DNA from: an uncultured Microbacterium sp.
GTDB lineage: Bacteria > Actinomycetota > Actinomycetes > Actinomycetales > Microbacteriaceae
DNA: 50,740 nt
Direction of reading: 5' to 3'
Assembly (NCBI GenBank): GCA_937926065.1
Contig: CALANM010000091.1
Coordinates: 1 to 50,740, forward strand
Shown here: positions 17,870-28,983 of the stretch, piece by piece
How positions within the stretch are numbered: position 1 is the first letter of the stretch
Layout of the letters: every line of letters starts with the position of its first letter
Notes under the pieces: model-generated
The model's database searches: none
What the model saw: only the letters and a program-made list of their open reading frames with translations
What the model was told of the DNA's origin: nothing
Position numbers and translations under genes: made by a program

Positions 17870-18685
17870 GTGGTGACCGAACGGATCGCCCGCCCCAAGA
17901 GACTGCGACCGGAGCGGCGCGACAAGCGCATGTCGCTGGCGGGGCACCTCATCGAGCTGCGCAATCGGCTCATGATCGCCGCCGCCGCGATCGTCGTGGG
18001 CATGGCAGTCGCCTACTTCCTCACCGACTGGGTGATGGAGGTCATCACGCGCCCCGTCCAGGACATCGCCGCCGCGCGCGGCGAAGAGCGCGCCGTCGAG
18101 GTCATGTACACGACCGTGACGGGCGCCTTCGACCTCAAGCTCCGGATGTCGTTCGCCATCGGCATCCTGCTGGCCGCGCCCATCTGGCTGTGGCAGATCT
18201 GGGCGTACATCATGCCCGGGCTCAGCCGCAAGGAGATCCGCTACACGATCGGATTCCTCGCGGCCGCCATCCCGCTCTTCTTCGCAGGGGTGACCACCGG
18301 GCTGCTGGTGATGCCCAACATCGTGAAGCTCATGGCCGAGTTCCTCCCCGAGGGAACGTCGGCGTTCTACGACGCGAAGTACTACTACGACTTCGTCCTC
18401 AAGCTCCTGCTGATCGTCGGCATCGCCTACGTGCTGCCGGTGCTCCTGGTCGCTCTCAACCTCGCAGGGGTGATGTCGGGCAGAGCGATCCTCAAGGCGT
18501 GGCGGGTGGCGATCGTCATCGCCGTCACCGTCGCCGCGATCGCGACACCGCCCGCCGACGTCGTCTCGACATTCCTGCTCGCGGGGATCCTCATCGTGCT
18601 CTTCTTCGCGGCCGCAGGCCTGTCGATGCTCTTCGACCGGCGCCGCGCCAAGCGCGACGCCGAGACGCTGGACCTCGCATCGTGA
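17870..18685 (+). CDS. tatC: Twin-arginine translocase subunit TatC
   Basis: MSLAGHLIELRNRL, QIWAYIMPGLSRKE, ATPPAD. Confidence 0.96.
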   Translation: MVTERIARPKRLRPERRDKRMSLAGHLIELRNRLMIAAAAIVVGMAVAYFLTDWVMEVITRPVQDIAAARGEERAVEVMYTTVTGAFDLKLRMSFAIGILLAAPIWLWQIWAYIMPGLSRKEIRYTIGFLAAAIPLFFAGVTTGLLVMPNIVKLMAEFLPEGTSAFYDAKYYYDFVLKLLLIVGIAYVLPVLLVALNLAGVMSGRAILKAWRVAIVIAVTVAAIATPPADVVSTFLLAGILIVLFFAAAGLSMLFDRRRAKRDAETLDLAS

Positions 18686-21150
18686 CCGATCCCGCGTCGC
18701 GATTCGCACGGGCCGAGGCGGCGCGGGTGCACCCGCTGACGACGTCTTTCGCCGCTGCTCAGCGCTTCGAGCTCGACCCCTTCCAGGTCGCCGGATGCCA
18801 CGCCCTCGAGGAGGGGCGGAGCGTGCTCGTGGCAGCGCCGACGGGTGCGGGCAAGACCATCGTCGGCGAGTTCGCCGTGCACCTGGCGATGCTGTCGGCA
18901 ACCGACAAGGCGTTCTACACGACGCCTATGAAGGCGCTGTCCAACCAGAAGTTCCGCGAACTGCAGGACGTGTACGGCGAGAGCGAGGTGGGGCTGCTCA
19001 CGGGCGACACGAATATCAACGGCAACGCCCGCGTCGTGGTCATGACCACCGAGGTGCTGCGCAACATGCTCTACGCCGACTCTCCGGCGTTGCGCGACCT
19101 CCGCTACGTCGTGATGGACGAAGTGCACTACCTCGCCGACCGTTTCCGCGGTGCCGTGTGGGAGGAGGTCATCATCCACCTCCCTCCCGAAGTGCGCCTC
19201 GTCTCGCTGTCGGCGACCGTGTCGAACGCCGAGGAGTTCGGCGACTGGCTCGACACGGTGCGCGGCGACACCGAGGTCATCGTGTCGGAGACCCGTCCGG
19301 TGCCGCTCGAGCAGCATGTGCTCGTGCGCGGAGACCTGCTGCCGCTGTTCGACGATCGCGCCGGGGTGGCCACCGCGCAGGTCAATCAGGAGCTCATGCG
19401 CATCCGTTCGCTCAAGGGCTCGGCCTTCGACAGCAACCGCCGCGTGCAGCAGCTCCGGTCCTCCGGGGACTATGAGGCGAACCGCCGGCGCCCGAAGAAG
19501 GGCGGTCGTCGTCCCGTACGCTCGGCGAACATCCAGCGGGTCGAGCGGCTCGACCGCCCCCATGTGGTCGAACTGCTTCGCCGCGCGAGCCTTCTGCCCG
19601 CGATCTTCTTCATCTTCAGCCGAGCGGGCTGCGACGCGGCCGTCCAGCAGGTGCGTCGCGCGGGTGTGCGCCTCACGAGTCGCGAAGAGCGCGACGAGAT
19701 CCGTCAGATCGTCGACGAGCGCACGCGCACGCTCCAGGACGAAGACCTCGCCGTGCTCGGGTTCTGGGAGTGGCGCGACAATCTCGAGCGCGGGGTCGCG
19801 GCTCACCACGCGGGGCTCCTGCCCGCGTTCAAGGAGGTCGTCGAGGAGCTCTTCCAGCGCAAGCTCGTGAAGGCGGTCTTCGCGACGGAGACGCTGGCGC
19901 TCGGCATCAACATGCCCGCTCGCACGGTGGTGCTCGAGAAGCTCGAGAAGTTCAACGGGGAGGCGCGCGTCGCCATCACGGCGGGGGAGTACACGCAGCT
20001 GACTGGTCGGGCGGGCCGACGCGGCATCGACGTCGAGGGCCACGCCGTCATCCAGTGGACGGAGGGCCTAGACCCGCAGGCGGTCGCCGCGCTCGCGTCT
20101 CGCCGCACGTACCCCCTCAATTCCAGCTTCCGGCCCACCTACAACATGGCCGTGAACCTCATCGACCAGTTCGGCCGTCCGCGCGCGCGAAAGATCCTCG
20201 AGTCGTCGTTCGCGCAGTTCCAGGCCGACCGGGCCGTCGTGGGCCTGGCTCGCCAGGTGAAGGACGCCGAGGATTCGCTTGCCGGCTATGAGAAGGCGAT
20301 GACGTGCGACCGAGGCGACTTCGCGGAGTTCTCGGCGATGCGACGCGAGCTGAGCGATCTTGAGAAGCTGAACCGGGCGGATCGCACCGCGCCGGCGAAG
20401 GTGCGCCAGAAGCGGCACAACGAGATCCAGTCGCTGCGTCGGCGCTTGCAGCGGCATCCGTGCCAGACCTGCCCAGACCGCGAGAACCACGCGCGCTGGG
20501 CCGAACGCTACTGGAAGCTCAAGCGATCGGCCGACAGACTGCGCCGCCAGATCGAGACCCGCACGGGAACGGTCGCGCGGATCTTCGACCGCGTCGTGGA
20601 CGTGCTCGACGCGCTCGACTACGTCGTCGTCGACGCCGACGGCGTCACGCGGCTGACGGGGGCCGGTGCCACGATGCGCCGCATCTACGGCGAGCGCGAT
20701 CTGCTGGTCGCCGAGTCGCTGCGGCGCGGCCTCTGGGCGCAGCTCGACGCGCCGTCGCTCGCCGCCCTCGCGTGCTGCCTCGTCTACGAGCCGCGGCGCG
20801 ACGAGGCGGGCGACATGTCGCTCCCGCGCGGAGCGTTCCGCGCCGCCCTCACCGAGACGCAGCAGCTGTGGTCGCGCCTCGACGATCTGGAGCGCGATCA
20901 CCGGCTGCCCGGCTCGGAGCCGGTGGCGACGGGCCTCGCCCAGGCGATGCACTCATGGGCGCGAGGGCTTCCCCTCGACCGCGTGCTGGACGAGGCCGAC
21001 CTGGCGGCCGGTGACTTCGTCCGCTGGGCGAAGCAGACGATAGACCTGCTCGACCAGCTCTCGATCGTCGCCGAGCCCCCCGTGGCGACGACGGCGCGAG
21101 CTGCTCTCGAAGCCGTCCGGCGTGGCATCGTCGCGTACTCGACCGTCTGA
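18682..21150 (+). CDS. helY: Ski2-like RNA helicase HelY
   Basis: APTGAGKT, KALSNQK, MDEVHYL, SAT, TETLALGINMPA, GRAGRRG, DSHCT-type C-terminus. GTG 18682 overlaps the tatC stop. Confidence 0.93.
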   Translation: MTDPASRFARAEAARVHPLTTSFAAAQRFELDPFQVAGCHALEEGRSVLVAAPTGAGKTIVGEFAVHLAMLSATDKAFYTTPMKALSNQKFRELQDVYGESEVGLLTGDTNINGNARVVVMTTEVLRNMLYADSPALRDLRYVVMDEVHYLADRFRGAVWEEVIIHLPPEVRLVSLSATVSNAEEFGDWLDTVRGDTEVIVSETRPVPLEQHVLVRGDLLPLFDDRAGVATAQVNQELMRIRSLKGSAFDSNRRVQQLRSSGDYEANRRRPKKGGRRPVRSANIQRVERLDRPHVVELLRRASLLPAIFFIFSRAGCDAAVQQVRRAGVRLTSREERDEIRQIVDERTRTLQDEDLAVLGFWEWRDNLERGVAAHHAGLLPAFKEVVEELFQRKLVKAVFATETLALGINMPARTVVLEKLEKFNGEARVAITAGEYTQLTGRAGRRGIDVEGHAVIQWTEGLDPQAVAALASRRTYPLNSSFRPTYNMAVNLIDQFGRPRARKILESSFAQFQADRAVVGLARQVKDAEDSLAGYEKAMTCDRGDFAEFSAMRRELSDLEKLNRADRTAPAKVRQKRHNEIQSLRRRLQRHPCQTCPDRENHARWAERYWKLKRSADRLRRQIETRTGTVARIFDRVVDVLDALDYVVVDADGVTRLTGAGATMRRIYGERDLLVAESLRRGLWAQLDAPSLAALACCLVYEPRRDEAGDMSLPRGAFRAALTETQQLWSRLDDLERDHRLPGSEPVATGLAQAMHSWARGLPLDRVLDEADLAAGDFVRWAKQTIDLLDQLSIVAEPPVATTARAALEAVRRGIVAYSTV

Positions 21151-21202
21151 GCCGTTCCCCTTCGGGACGTACCCCGCTCGGCCGCTCGAATAGGCTCGAC
21201 TC

Positions 21203-22747
21203 GTGCCCGATCACGACCCATCGCCCTCGCCGCTGCTGCCGCTGTGGGGCGCAGCGATCCTCGCGGCCGTGGGCGGGGTGGTCCTCGATCTCGCCTTCGC
21301 CGACGTGGGCTGGTGGCCTCTCGCTTTCGTGGGGGTCGCCGCATCCCTCGTGTCCCTCATCGGCAGATCGGTGTGGGGCGGCGTCATGGTCGGAGCAGTA
21401 TTCGCGGCCAGTTTCTACCTCGTGCACATCTCCTGGATCACTCGCTACCTCGGCGTCGTGCCCTGGTACGCGCTCGCGGGGATCGAGACGCTGTTGAGCG
21501 CCATCGGAGCGATCGGCCTTGTTCTCGCCTACCGCTGGCTTCCGCGCGTCGCGCCGGGGCCGTGGGCTCGTGTGCTCGCGCTGCCGGCGCTCGTGGCCGG
21601 TGTCTGGACGGCGCGGGAGCAGTGGCTCGGCGCATGGCCCTACACGGGGTTCCCCTGGGGGCGCATCGGCATGAGCCAGTCGGAGAGTCCGTTGGCGACC
21701 GTCACCTCGTGGATCGGCGTCTCGGGCCTGACGTTCCTCATGGTGTTCGTCGTCGCGGCCGGCATCGAGGCGGTTCGGCTGGGGGCGTGGCGGTCGCCTG
21801 TGCGGATGGCGCCCGCGGCGGTGGGGGTCGTTCTCCTCGTGTTCACGCCCGCCTTCCCGACGACGGATGCGGGAACGATTCGGGTCGGCGCGGTGCAGGG
21901 GAATGGACCCGCGGGCTACTTCGACGAGCGCGAGGCATACGCCGTGCTGCAGTCGCAGCTCGACGCGACGCAGGAACTGGAGGGCGAGCGCCTCGACGTG
22001 CTGCTGTGGCCGGAGGGCGGCATCGACGCCGACCCGACGTCGAACCTCTCCGTGGCGCGAGTGCTCGACCAGCTGTCTGCGCGGTTCGATGCCCCGCTGA
22101 TCGTCAACGCGGCCACCCAGCGCGGCGACGACGTCTTCAACACCTCGATGATGTGGCGCTTCGGCGCCGACGAGAACCCGGTGGCGATTCACGACAAGAG
22201 CCATCCGGTGCCGATGGGAGAGTACGTTCCCGACCGCTGGTTCTACGAGATGCTGGCGCCCGACCTCATCCGGCTCATCCAGCGGGAGTACACCCCGGGC
22301 ACCAACGCGCCGTTCTTCGACGTCGACGGCGTGGGCGTCGGCCTCGCCATCTGCTTCGACGTCATCTACGACGACGTCATCTGGCAGGGCGCGCGCGCCG
22401 GGGCCGAGGTCTATATGTTCCAGACCAACAACGCCGACTTCCGCGACACCGACGAGAATCTGCAGCAGCTCTCCTTCGCGCGCATGCGCGCGATCGAGAC
22501 GGGGCGCGCGGTCGTCAACCTGTCGACGGTCGGCACGAGTCAGGTGATCACTCCCGACGGGAAGACGATCGAAGCCCTCCCGGCGGGGACGGCGGGAGTC
22601 ATCGTCGCCGACGTGCCTCTTCGCACGGGGCTGACCGCTGCGGTCGTGATCGGCCCCGCCATGCAGTGGATTCTGGGCTGGGGAAGCGTCATCGTGCTCG
22701 GAGCCGTGGGCTTCTCCGCGGTGCGCCGTCGCCGCGCGGCGCACTGA
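21203..22747 (+). CDS. lnt: Apolipoprotein N-acyltransferase
   Basis: GFPWG, VQGN, catalytic WPE, K (DKSHPVPMGEY), ICFD, RAIETGR. Confidence 0.95.
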   Translation: MPDHDPSPSPLLPLWGAAILAAVGGVVLDLAFADVGWWPLAFVGVAASLVSLIGRSVWGGVMVGAVFAASFYLVHISWITRYLGVVPWYALAGIETLLSAIGAIGLVLAYRWLPRVAPGPWARVLALPALVAGVWTAREQWLGAWPYTGFPWGRIGMSQSESPLATVTSWIGVSGLTFLMVFVVAAGIEAVRLGAWRSPVRMAPAAVGVVLLVFTPAFPTTDAGTIRVGAVQGNGPAGYFDEREAYAVLQSQLDATQELEGERLDVLLWPEGGIDADPTSNLSVARVLDQLSARFDAPLIVNAATQRGDDVFNTSMMWRFGADENPVAIHDKSHPVPMGEYVPDRWFYEMLAPDLIRLIQREYTPGTNAPFFDVDGVGVGLAICFDVIYDDVIWQGARAGAEVYMFQTNNADFRDTDENLQQLSFARMRAIETGRAVVNLSTVGTSQVITPDGKTIEALPAGTAGVIVADVPLRTGLTAAVVIGPAMQWILGWGSVIVLGAVGFSAVRRRRAAH

Positions 22748-22762
22748 TCGTCGCCGCATACG

Positions 22763-22799
22763 GAACATCGCCGCACCCGTGGGGTGTGCGGCGATGTTC
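22763..22799. terminator. Hairpin between convergent genes
   Basis: GAACATCGCCGCAC-N9-GTGCGGCGATGTTC, a perfect 14-bp inverted repeat. Confidence 0.7.
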
Positions 22800-22817
22800 G
22801 TGCGGTGCGCTTGGCGG

Positions 22818-23030
22818 TCAGGCGTGCAGTCGCGCGGTCTCGTCGTGCCAGCTCGTGGCGACGGCCCGAAGCTTCTCCTCGTACTTGCGGCCGTGGTGAG
22901 CGCAGAACAGTAGCTCACTGCCGTTCACCTCGGCGGCGATGTAGGCCTGCGCGCCGCAGGAGTCACAGCGGTCGGCGGCCGTGAGGCGGTACTCGAGGAC
23001 GGCCGGCTCTGCGGTGGTCGAGATGCTCAT
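22818..23030 (-). CDS. Small conserved Cys/His putative Zn-binding protein
   Basis: LTAADRCDSCGAQAY...LLFCAHH; SD GAGGAGG. Resembles the small actinobacterial protein commonly found beside parE. Confidence 0.85.
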   Translation of the reverse strand: MSISTTAEPAVLEYRLTAADRCDSCGAQAYIAAEVNGSELLFCAHHGRKYEEKLRAVATSWHDETARLHA

Positions 23031-23221
23031 TCTGGGTGCCTCCTCGGGTGTGATGCTCCAACGTGGTCAGTAAATGAAACCACGCGACGGGTCGGAGAAT
23101 GCCCGGAGCGAAGGGCATTTCGCTGTGCGCGTACGCCGGTCAGGCCATCGACGGCGTCAAGCGCTGGACACGCGGCGGCGCGGCGGCCGGGGCCAGGGGA
23201 GCGCGGATAGGCTTGGAGATC

Positions 23222-25306
23222 GTGACCTCCGAGTATTCAGCCCACCACCTTCAGGTGCTCGAAGGACTCGAAGCAGTCCGCAAGCGGCCCGGCATGTACA
23301 TCGGCTCGACCGACTCGCGCGGACTGATGCACTGCGTGTGGGAGATCATCGACAATGCGGTCGACGAGGCCCTCGGCGGCCACGGCGACCGGATCGAGAT
23401 CCTGCTGCACGCCGACGGCAGCGTCGAGGTGCGCGACCGTGCCCGTGGCATCCCCGTCGACGTCGAGCCGCGCACGGGGCTGTCGGGCGTCGAGGTCGTG
23501 TTCACCAAGCTGCATGCCGGAGGCAAGTTCGGGGGTGGCTCTTACGCTGCCTCGGGCGGCCTGCACGGGGTGGGCGCCTCGGTCGTGAACGCACTCTCTG
23601 AGCGTCTGGATGTCGAGGTCGACCGCGACGGCAAGACCTACGCGATGTCGTTCCACCGCGGCGAGCCGGGCGTCTTCGCGGGGCCGAACCCCGATTCGCC
23701 TTTCACGCCGTTCGAGGCGTCCTCGGAGCTGCGGATCGTCGGCAAGACCGCCAAGAAGGTCACCGGCTCGCGCATCCGCTACTGGGCGGATCGCCAGATC
23801 TTCACGAAGGACGCCGCCTTCAACCTCGAAGAGCTGGAGCAGCGAGCCCGGCAGACGGCCTTCCTCGTGCCGGGACTCGAGATCGTCATCATGGACGATC
23901 GCGGCACTTCCACCGGCGCGGAGCGGATCGAGACGAGCTTCCGCTACGACGGCGGCATCTCGGAGTTCGTGGACTTCCTCGCCCCGGACGCCGCGATCAC
24001 CGACACCTGGCGGCTGACGGGTGAAGGGCACTTCACGGAGACGGTTCCCGTGCTGCAGCCGTCGGGCGCGATGGTGCCCACCGAGGTGCAGCGCACGTGC
24101 CACGTCGACGTCGCGCTGCGCTGGGGCACGGGATACGACACCATCACCCGCTCGTTCGTCAACATCATCGCGACTCCCAAGGGCGGCACGCACCAGGCGG
24201 GCTTCGAGCAGGGCCTGACCAAGCTCATCCGCGATCAGGTGCAGCAGAACGCCCGCAAGCTCAAGGTGGGCGCGAACGAGAAGATCGAGAAGGACGACAT
24301 CCTCGCCGGGCTCACCGCGGTCCTCACCGTCAGCTTCCCCGAGCCGCAGTTCGAGGGTCAGACGAAGGAGGTGCTCGGTACCCCGGCGATCCGCTCTATC
24401 GTGTCGAACGTCGTGGCCAAGCAGCTGGGCGCCCGGTTCGCCTCCTCCAAGCGCGACGACAAGGCGCACACGGCTCTCCTTCTCGAGAAGGTCGTCTCGG
24501 AGATGAAGGCGCGCATCTCTGCGCGCACCCACAAGGAGACCCAGCGTCGCAAGAACGCCCTCGAGTCCTCCTCGCTGCCGGCGAAGCTCGCCGACTGCCG
24601 CACGAACGACGTCGCTGAGTCGGAGCTGTTCATCGTCGAGGGAGACTCGGCGCTCGGCACCGCAAAGCTCGCCCGCAACAGCGAGTATCAGGCGCTTCTC
24701 CCCATCCGGGGAAAGATCCTGAACGTGCAGAAGGCGTCGATCAGCGACATGCTGTCCAACGCCGAGTGCGCCGCGATCATCCAGACGATCGGCGCCGGCT
24801 CGGGACGGTCGTTCGATCTCGAAGCCGCCCGCTACGGCAAGATCATCCTGATGAGCGATGCCGACGTCGATGGCGCGCACATCCGCACGCTCCTGCTCAC
24901 GCTGTTCTTCCGCTACATGCGGCCGCTGATCGAGGCGGGTCGCGTGTATGCCGCCGTGCCTCCGCTGCACCGCGTCATCGTCGTCAACCCCGGTTCGAAG
25001 CCGAACGAGACCGTCTACACGTACTCGGAGCAGGAGCTGCACAGCCTGATGGCCAAGCTGCAGAAGTCGGGTCGCCGCTGGCAGGAGCCCGTGCAGCGCT
25101 ACAAGGGCCTGGGTGAGATGGACGCCGATCAGCTCGCGACCACGACGATGGACCGCCGCGGTCGCACGCTGCGCCGGGTCCGCGTCGAGGATGCCGAGGC
25201 GGCGATGGGCGTCTTCGAGCTGCTGATGGGCTCCGACGTCGCACCGCGCCGCGACTTCATCGTGTCGTCGGCCGACCGGCTCGACCGCGAGTCGATCGAC
25301 GCCTGA
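23222..25306 (+). CDS. parE: DNA topoisomerase IV subunit B (GyrB-like)
   Basis: EAVRKRPGMYIGS, EIIDNAVDE, LHAGGKF, VEGDSA, PIRGKILN, DADVDG, RYKGLGEM. Not in an oriC context. Confidence 0.9.
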   Translation: MTSEYSAHHLQVLEGLEAVRKRPGMYIGSTDSRGLMHCVWEIIDNAVDEALGGHGDRIEILLHADGSVEVRDRARGIPVDVEPRTGLSGVEVVFTKLHAGGKFGGGSYAASGGLHGVGASVVNALSERLDVEVDRDGKTYAMSFHRGEPGVFAGPNPDSPFTPFEASSELRIVGKTAKKVTGSRIRYWADRQIFTKDAAFNLEELEQRARQTAFLVPGLEIVIMDDRGTSTGAERIETSFRYDGGISEFVDFLAPDAAITDTWRLTGEGHFTETVPVLQPSGAMVPTEVQRTCHVDVALRWGTGYDTITRSFVNIIATPKGGTHQAGFEQGLTKLIRDQVQQNARKLKVGANEKIEKDDILAGLTAVLTVSFPEPQFEGQTKEVLGTPAIRSIVSNVVAKQLGARFASSKRDDKAHTALLLEKVVSEMKARISARTHKETQRRKNALESSSLPAKLADCRTNDVAESELFIVEGDSALGTAKLARNSEYQALLPIRGKILNVQKASISDMLSNAECAAIIQTIGAGSGRSFDLEAARYGKIILMSDADVDGAHIRTLLLTLFFRYMRPLIEAGRVYAAVPPLHRVIVVNPGSKPNETVYTYSEQELHSLMAKLQKSGRRWQEPVQRYKGLGEMDADQLATTTMDRRGRTLRRVRVEDAEAAMGVFELLMGSDVAPRRDFIVSSADRLDRESIDA

Positions 25307-25330
25307 CCCCGCTCCAGCGCCGTGATCAGC

Positions 25331-27769
25331 TCAGCTGACGGCGGTGCCCACGGCGCCGATGACCGCGTCGAGCGCCTGGCCCGACGCGTCGCGCTTGGCG
25401 CCGGCCTGCGGGAGCTGCCGCACCGATCCGTCCGCGCCGACGGCGCGAGGCTCCGAGCCCACCCAGGCGAGCGTGAGGGTGTCTTCGCCCTTCAGGAAGC
25501 GCTGTGCGCGCACACCGCCGGTCGCGCGGCCCTTCGGGGGGAACTCGGTGAAGTCCGAGACCTTGCCGCTGCCGGCGTCCGTGCCCGGGAGCGACTGCGC
25601 TGAGCCCGCGACGGTCACGACCACCGTGTCGTCGGCCGGCGGGACAGCGGTGAACGAGATGACGCGCGCGCCGTCGGAGAGACGGATGCCGGCCATGCCG
25701 CCCGCGGCGCGACCCTGGGGACGCACCGTGTCGGCCCCGAAGCGGAGAAGCTGCGCGTCGCTCGTCACGAACACGAGCTCGACACCGTCGGCTGCAGGGG
25801 CGGCGCCGATGACGGAGTCACCGGGCTTGAGGGAGATGATCTCGACGTCGTTCTTGTTGGCGATCTCGCTCGCCGCGACGCGCTTGACCACGCCCTGCGC
25901 GGTGCCGAGCGCGATCGGCGGCTCGTCGACGAGCGGCACGATGGCGACGACGTGCTCGCCGCCCGACAGGCCGAGGTACTGGTCGGCGCGGGTGCCGGCG
26001 GCCAGCTGCACCGAGTTCGCCGGCACCGACGGCAGATCGACGGGGGAGAACCGCACGAGGCGGCCCGCGCTGGTCACGGCGCCGAGGTCTCCGCGGGCGG
26101 TCGTGTCGACGGCAGAGCGGATGGCGTCGTGCTTCGAGCGTCGCGCGGGCGGCACCACCGTGGCATCCGCCGTCTCAGCGCGGACCATGCGCCCGGTCGC
26201 TGAGAGGAAGACGCGGCAGGGGGCGTCGGCGATCTGCAGATCTGCGGGCGCCGCAGCGCGCGAACGCGTCTTGACCGGGCCGCCGTTGAGCAGCAGCGTG
26301 CGGCGCGGGGTGCCGTAGGTCTCGGCTGCGGCGTCGAGCTCGCGTGCGACCTGGCCGCGCAGCAGCACTTCGCTGGCCAGCAGCTCCTCGAGCTGGGCGA
26401 TCTCGGTCTTGAGGCTGTCGCGCTCGGTCTCGAGCTCGATGCGCGAGAACTTGGTCAGTCGCCGGAGGCGAAGCTCCAGGATGTACTCGGCCTGAACCTG
26501 CGACAGGTCGAAGATGCCCATGAGGCGTGTGCGCGCCTGCTCGCCGTCGTCCGATGTGCGGATGACCTGGATGACCTCGTCGATGTCGAGGATCGCGATG
26601 AGAAGGCCCTCGACGAGGTGCAGTCGCTCCTGCTTGCGCGCCAGACGGAACCGGCTGCGGCGCGTGACGACCTGGATGCGGTGGTCGAGGTAGACGCGCA
26701 GGAGCTCCTTGAGGCCGAGCGTCTGCGGCTGGCCGTTCACAAGGGCGACGTTGTTGATGCCGAATGAGTCTTCGAGCGGTGTCAGCCGGTAGAGCTGCTC
26801 GAGCACCGCGTTCGGGTCGAAGCCGGTCTTGATGCCGATGACGAGGCGCAGGCCGTGGTTGCGGTCGGTGAGGTCTGTCACGTCCGCGATGCCGGTCAGC
26901 TTCTTGGCGTTGACGGCATCCTTGATCTTCTCGATGACGCGCTCGGGGCCCACCATGTACGGCAGCTCGGTGACGACGAGGCCCGTGCGACGCGGCCCGA
27001 GCGACTCGATCGACACCTTGGCGCGCGTGCGGAACGTGCCGCGTCCGGTCGCGTACGCCTCCTTGACGCCGTCGAGCCCGACGATGACGCCACCGCCCGG
27101 GAGGTCCGGACCCGGCACGAACTCCATGAGCTCCTCGAGCGTCGCCTCGGGGTTCTCCAGCAGGTGGACGGCGGCCGCCACGACCTCGATGAGGTTGTGC
27201 GGCGCCATGTTCGTCGCCATGCCGACGGCGATGCCGGTCGTGCCGTTGACGAGCAGGTTCGGGAAGGCGGCGGGCAGCACATCGGGCTGCTGGAACTGGC
27301 CGTCGTAGTTCGGGACGAAGTCGACGACGTCCTCTTCGAGGTTCTCGGTGAGGGCGAGTGCGGCCGGAGCCAGGCGGGCCTCGGTATAGCGAGGCGCGGC
27401 GGGGCCGTCGTCGAGGGACCCGAAGTTCCCGTGACCGTCGACGAGCGGAACGCGCAGGGCGAAGTCCTGCGCGAGCCGCACGAGGGCGTCGTAGATCGCG
27501 GAGTCGCCGTGGGGATGAAGCTTTCCCATCACCTCGCCGACGACGCGGGCGCTCTTGACGTGGCCGCGGTCGGGGCGCAGCCCCATGTCGGCCATCTGGA
27601 ACAGGATCCGGCGCTGCACCGGCTTGAGACCGTCACGGGCATCGGGGAGCGCTCGAGAGTAGATGACGGAGTACGCGTACTCGAGGAACGACCCCTGCAT
27701 CTCCGCCGAGAGATCGACGTCTTCGATGCGTTCGCCAGACGGCACGGGATCAGTGCGCGAGACAGCCAT
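25331..27769 (-). CDS. parC: DNA topoisomerase IV subunit A (GyrA-like)
   Basis: [33 protein letters not shown] (catalytic Tyr), GIAVGMAT; C-terminal pinwheel repeats. Confidence 0.9.
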   Translation of the reverse strand: MAVSRTDPVPSGERIEDVDLSAEMQGSFLEYAYSVIYSRALPDARDGLKPVQRRILFQMADMGLRPDRGHVKSARVVGEVMGKLHPHGDSAIYDALVRLAQDFALRVPLVDGHGNFGSLDDGPAAPRYTEARLAPAALALTENLEEDVVDFVPNYDGQFQQPDVLPAAFPNLLVNGTTGIAVGMATNMAPHNLIEVVAAAVHLLENPEATLEELMEFVPGPDLPGGGVIVGLDGVKEAYATGRGTFRTRAKVSIESLGPRRTGLVVTELPYMVGPERVIEKIKDAVNAKKLTGIADVTDLTDRNHGLRLVIGIKTGFDPNAVLEQLYRLTPLEDSFGINNVALVNGQPQTLGLKELLRVYLDHRIQVVTRRSRFRLARKQERLHLVEGLLIAILDIDEVIQVIRTSDDGEQARTRLMGIFDLSQVQAEYILELRLRRLTKFSRIELETERDSLKTEIAQLEELLASEVLLRGQVARELDAAAETYGTPRRTLLLNGGPVKTRSRAAAPADLQIADAPCRVFLSATGRMVRAETADATVVPPARRSKHDAIRSAVDTTARGDLGAVTSAGRLVRFSPVDLPSVPANSVQLAAGTRADQYLGLSGGEHVVAIVPLVDEPPIALGTAQGVVKRVAASEIANKNDVEIISLKPGDSVIGAAPAADGVELVFVTSDAQLLRFGADTVRPQGRAAGGMAGIRLSDGARVISFTAVPPADDTVVVTVAGSAQSLPGTDAGSGKVSDFTEFPPKGRATGGVRAQRFLKGEDTLTLAWVGSEPRAVGADGSVRQLPQAGAKRDASGQALDAVIGAVGTAVS

Positions 27770-27832
27770 GGAAGTGAGAGGTCCTCCGGTCACGGGAAGG
27801 GGGCCTTCCCGGCGTGTGCGAGACTGGCCCCG

Positions 27833-28966
27833 ATGTCACTCAGCCTACCCGTGGACCCGCCGACAGCCCGGAGCCTCACCGATGTCGTGCCGGAAGCGAT
27901 CGCAGCGCTGGAGGGGCGATCCACGTGGTTCGCGCCCGCTCGGTCCGCCGTCATCGTCGTCGTCGACGGCCTCGGGAAAGGCAATCTGTCGGCGCGTGCC
28001 GGCCACGCTCGCTTCCTCACGGGGAAGCTGTCGAAACGCGACACGGCGCGCACGGTCTTCCCGTCCACCACGGCGACGGCGCTCACCGGTCTGCTCACGG
28101 GGAGGCCCGCGGGCGAGCACGGCATCGTCGGCTATCGCGTCCGCGTTCCCGGCACGGACCTCGCGCCCAATCAGCTCAAGGGCTGGGAGACCCACGGGCT
28201 CGATCCGGCTTCATGGCAGCGCTCGCGGCCGCTGCTGGCGGCAGAGGCGGCGGCAGGACGGCCGTGCTTCGTCGTCTCCAAGGCCATGTATGCGGGCACG
28301 GGGTTCACAGAGGCCATTCAGCGCGGAGCGACCTTCGTGGCGGCCGCATCGCCGGCAGAGAGGCTGGCGCGGGCGGCCGAGCTCGCCGACGCGAACGACG
28401 GCGCGCTCGTGTACGTCTACGCGCCCGAGCTCGACTCGATCGGCCATGCGCACGGATGGGAGAGTGATCGCTGGATCGCAGCGCTCGAGCAGGTCGATGC
28501 GGCCCTGGCCGTCTTCGACCGTTCGCTTGCCAGGGGGGTGGGTGCTCTCGTCACGGCCGATCACGGCATGGTCGACGTGCCCGCGCACCGTCACGTGCTG
28601 CTGAGCGAGGGCGACGAGCTCCTTGAGGGCGTGCGGATCATGGCGGGCGAGCCGCGCATGCTCCACCTCTACGCCGACGACGGAGCGGCCGCCGAAGTCC
28701 TGCGTCGATGGCGGGATGCCGAGGCACACCGCTCCTGGGTGCTCAGTCGTGACGAGGGCGTCGCGGCGGGACTGTTCGGTCCTCGCGTCGACGACGAGGT
28801 GCTGCCGAGGATAGGCGACGTGCTCGTTGCGGCACGCAGCGGCATCGCCTACTACGACGACCGCCTCGCCGACAAGAAACCGCAGCGCATGATCGGACAG
28901 CACGGCTCGCTCACCGACCAGGAGCGCATCGTGCCCCTGGCGCGTCTCGGCGCGTTCTCCGGCTGA
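27833..28966 (+). CDS. Alkaline phosphatase / nucleotide pyrophosphatase family protein
   Basis: VVDGLG, FPSTT, LDSIGH, TADHGM, GQHGS. ATG 27833. Confidence 0.9.
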   Translation: MSLSLPVDPPTARSLTDVVPEAIAALEGRSTWFAPARSAVIVVVDGLGKGNLSARAGHARFLTGKLSKRDTARTVFPSTTATALTGLLTGRPAGEHGIVGYRVRVPGTDLAPNQLKGWETHGLDPASWQRSRPLLAAEAAAGRPCFVVSKAMYAGTGFTEAIQRGATFVAAASPAERLARAAELADANDGALVYVYAPELDSIGHAHGWESDRWIAALEQVDAALAVFDRSLARGVGALVTADHGMVDVPAHRHVLLSEGDELLEGVRIMAGEPRMLHLYADDGAAAEVLRRWRDAEAHRSWVLSRDEGVAAGLFGPRVDDEVLPRIGDVLVAARSGIAYYDDRLADKKPQRMIGQHGSLTDQERIVPLARLGAFSG

Positions 28967-28983
28967 CCTGCGTTCGACCGGAC

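Noticed and set aside
15568-21150. WYL proteins plus helicase as a possible anti-phage system
   Set aside because: Sequence and the tatA-tatC-helY-lnt context identify the housekeeping pafBC locus.
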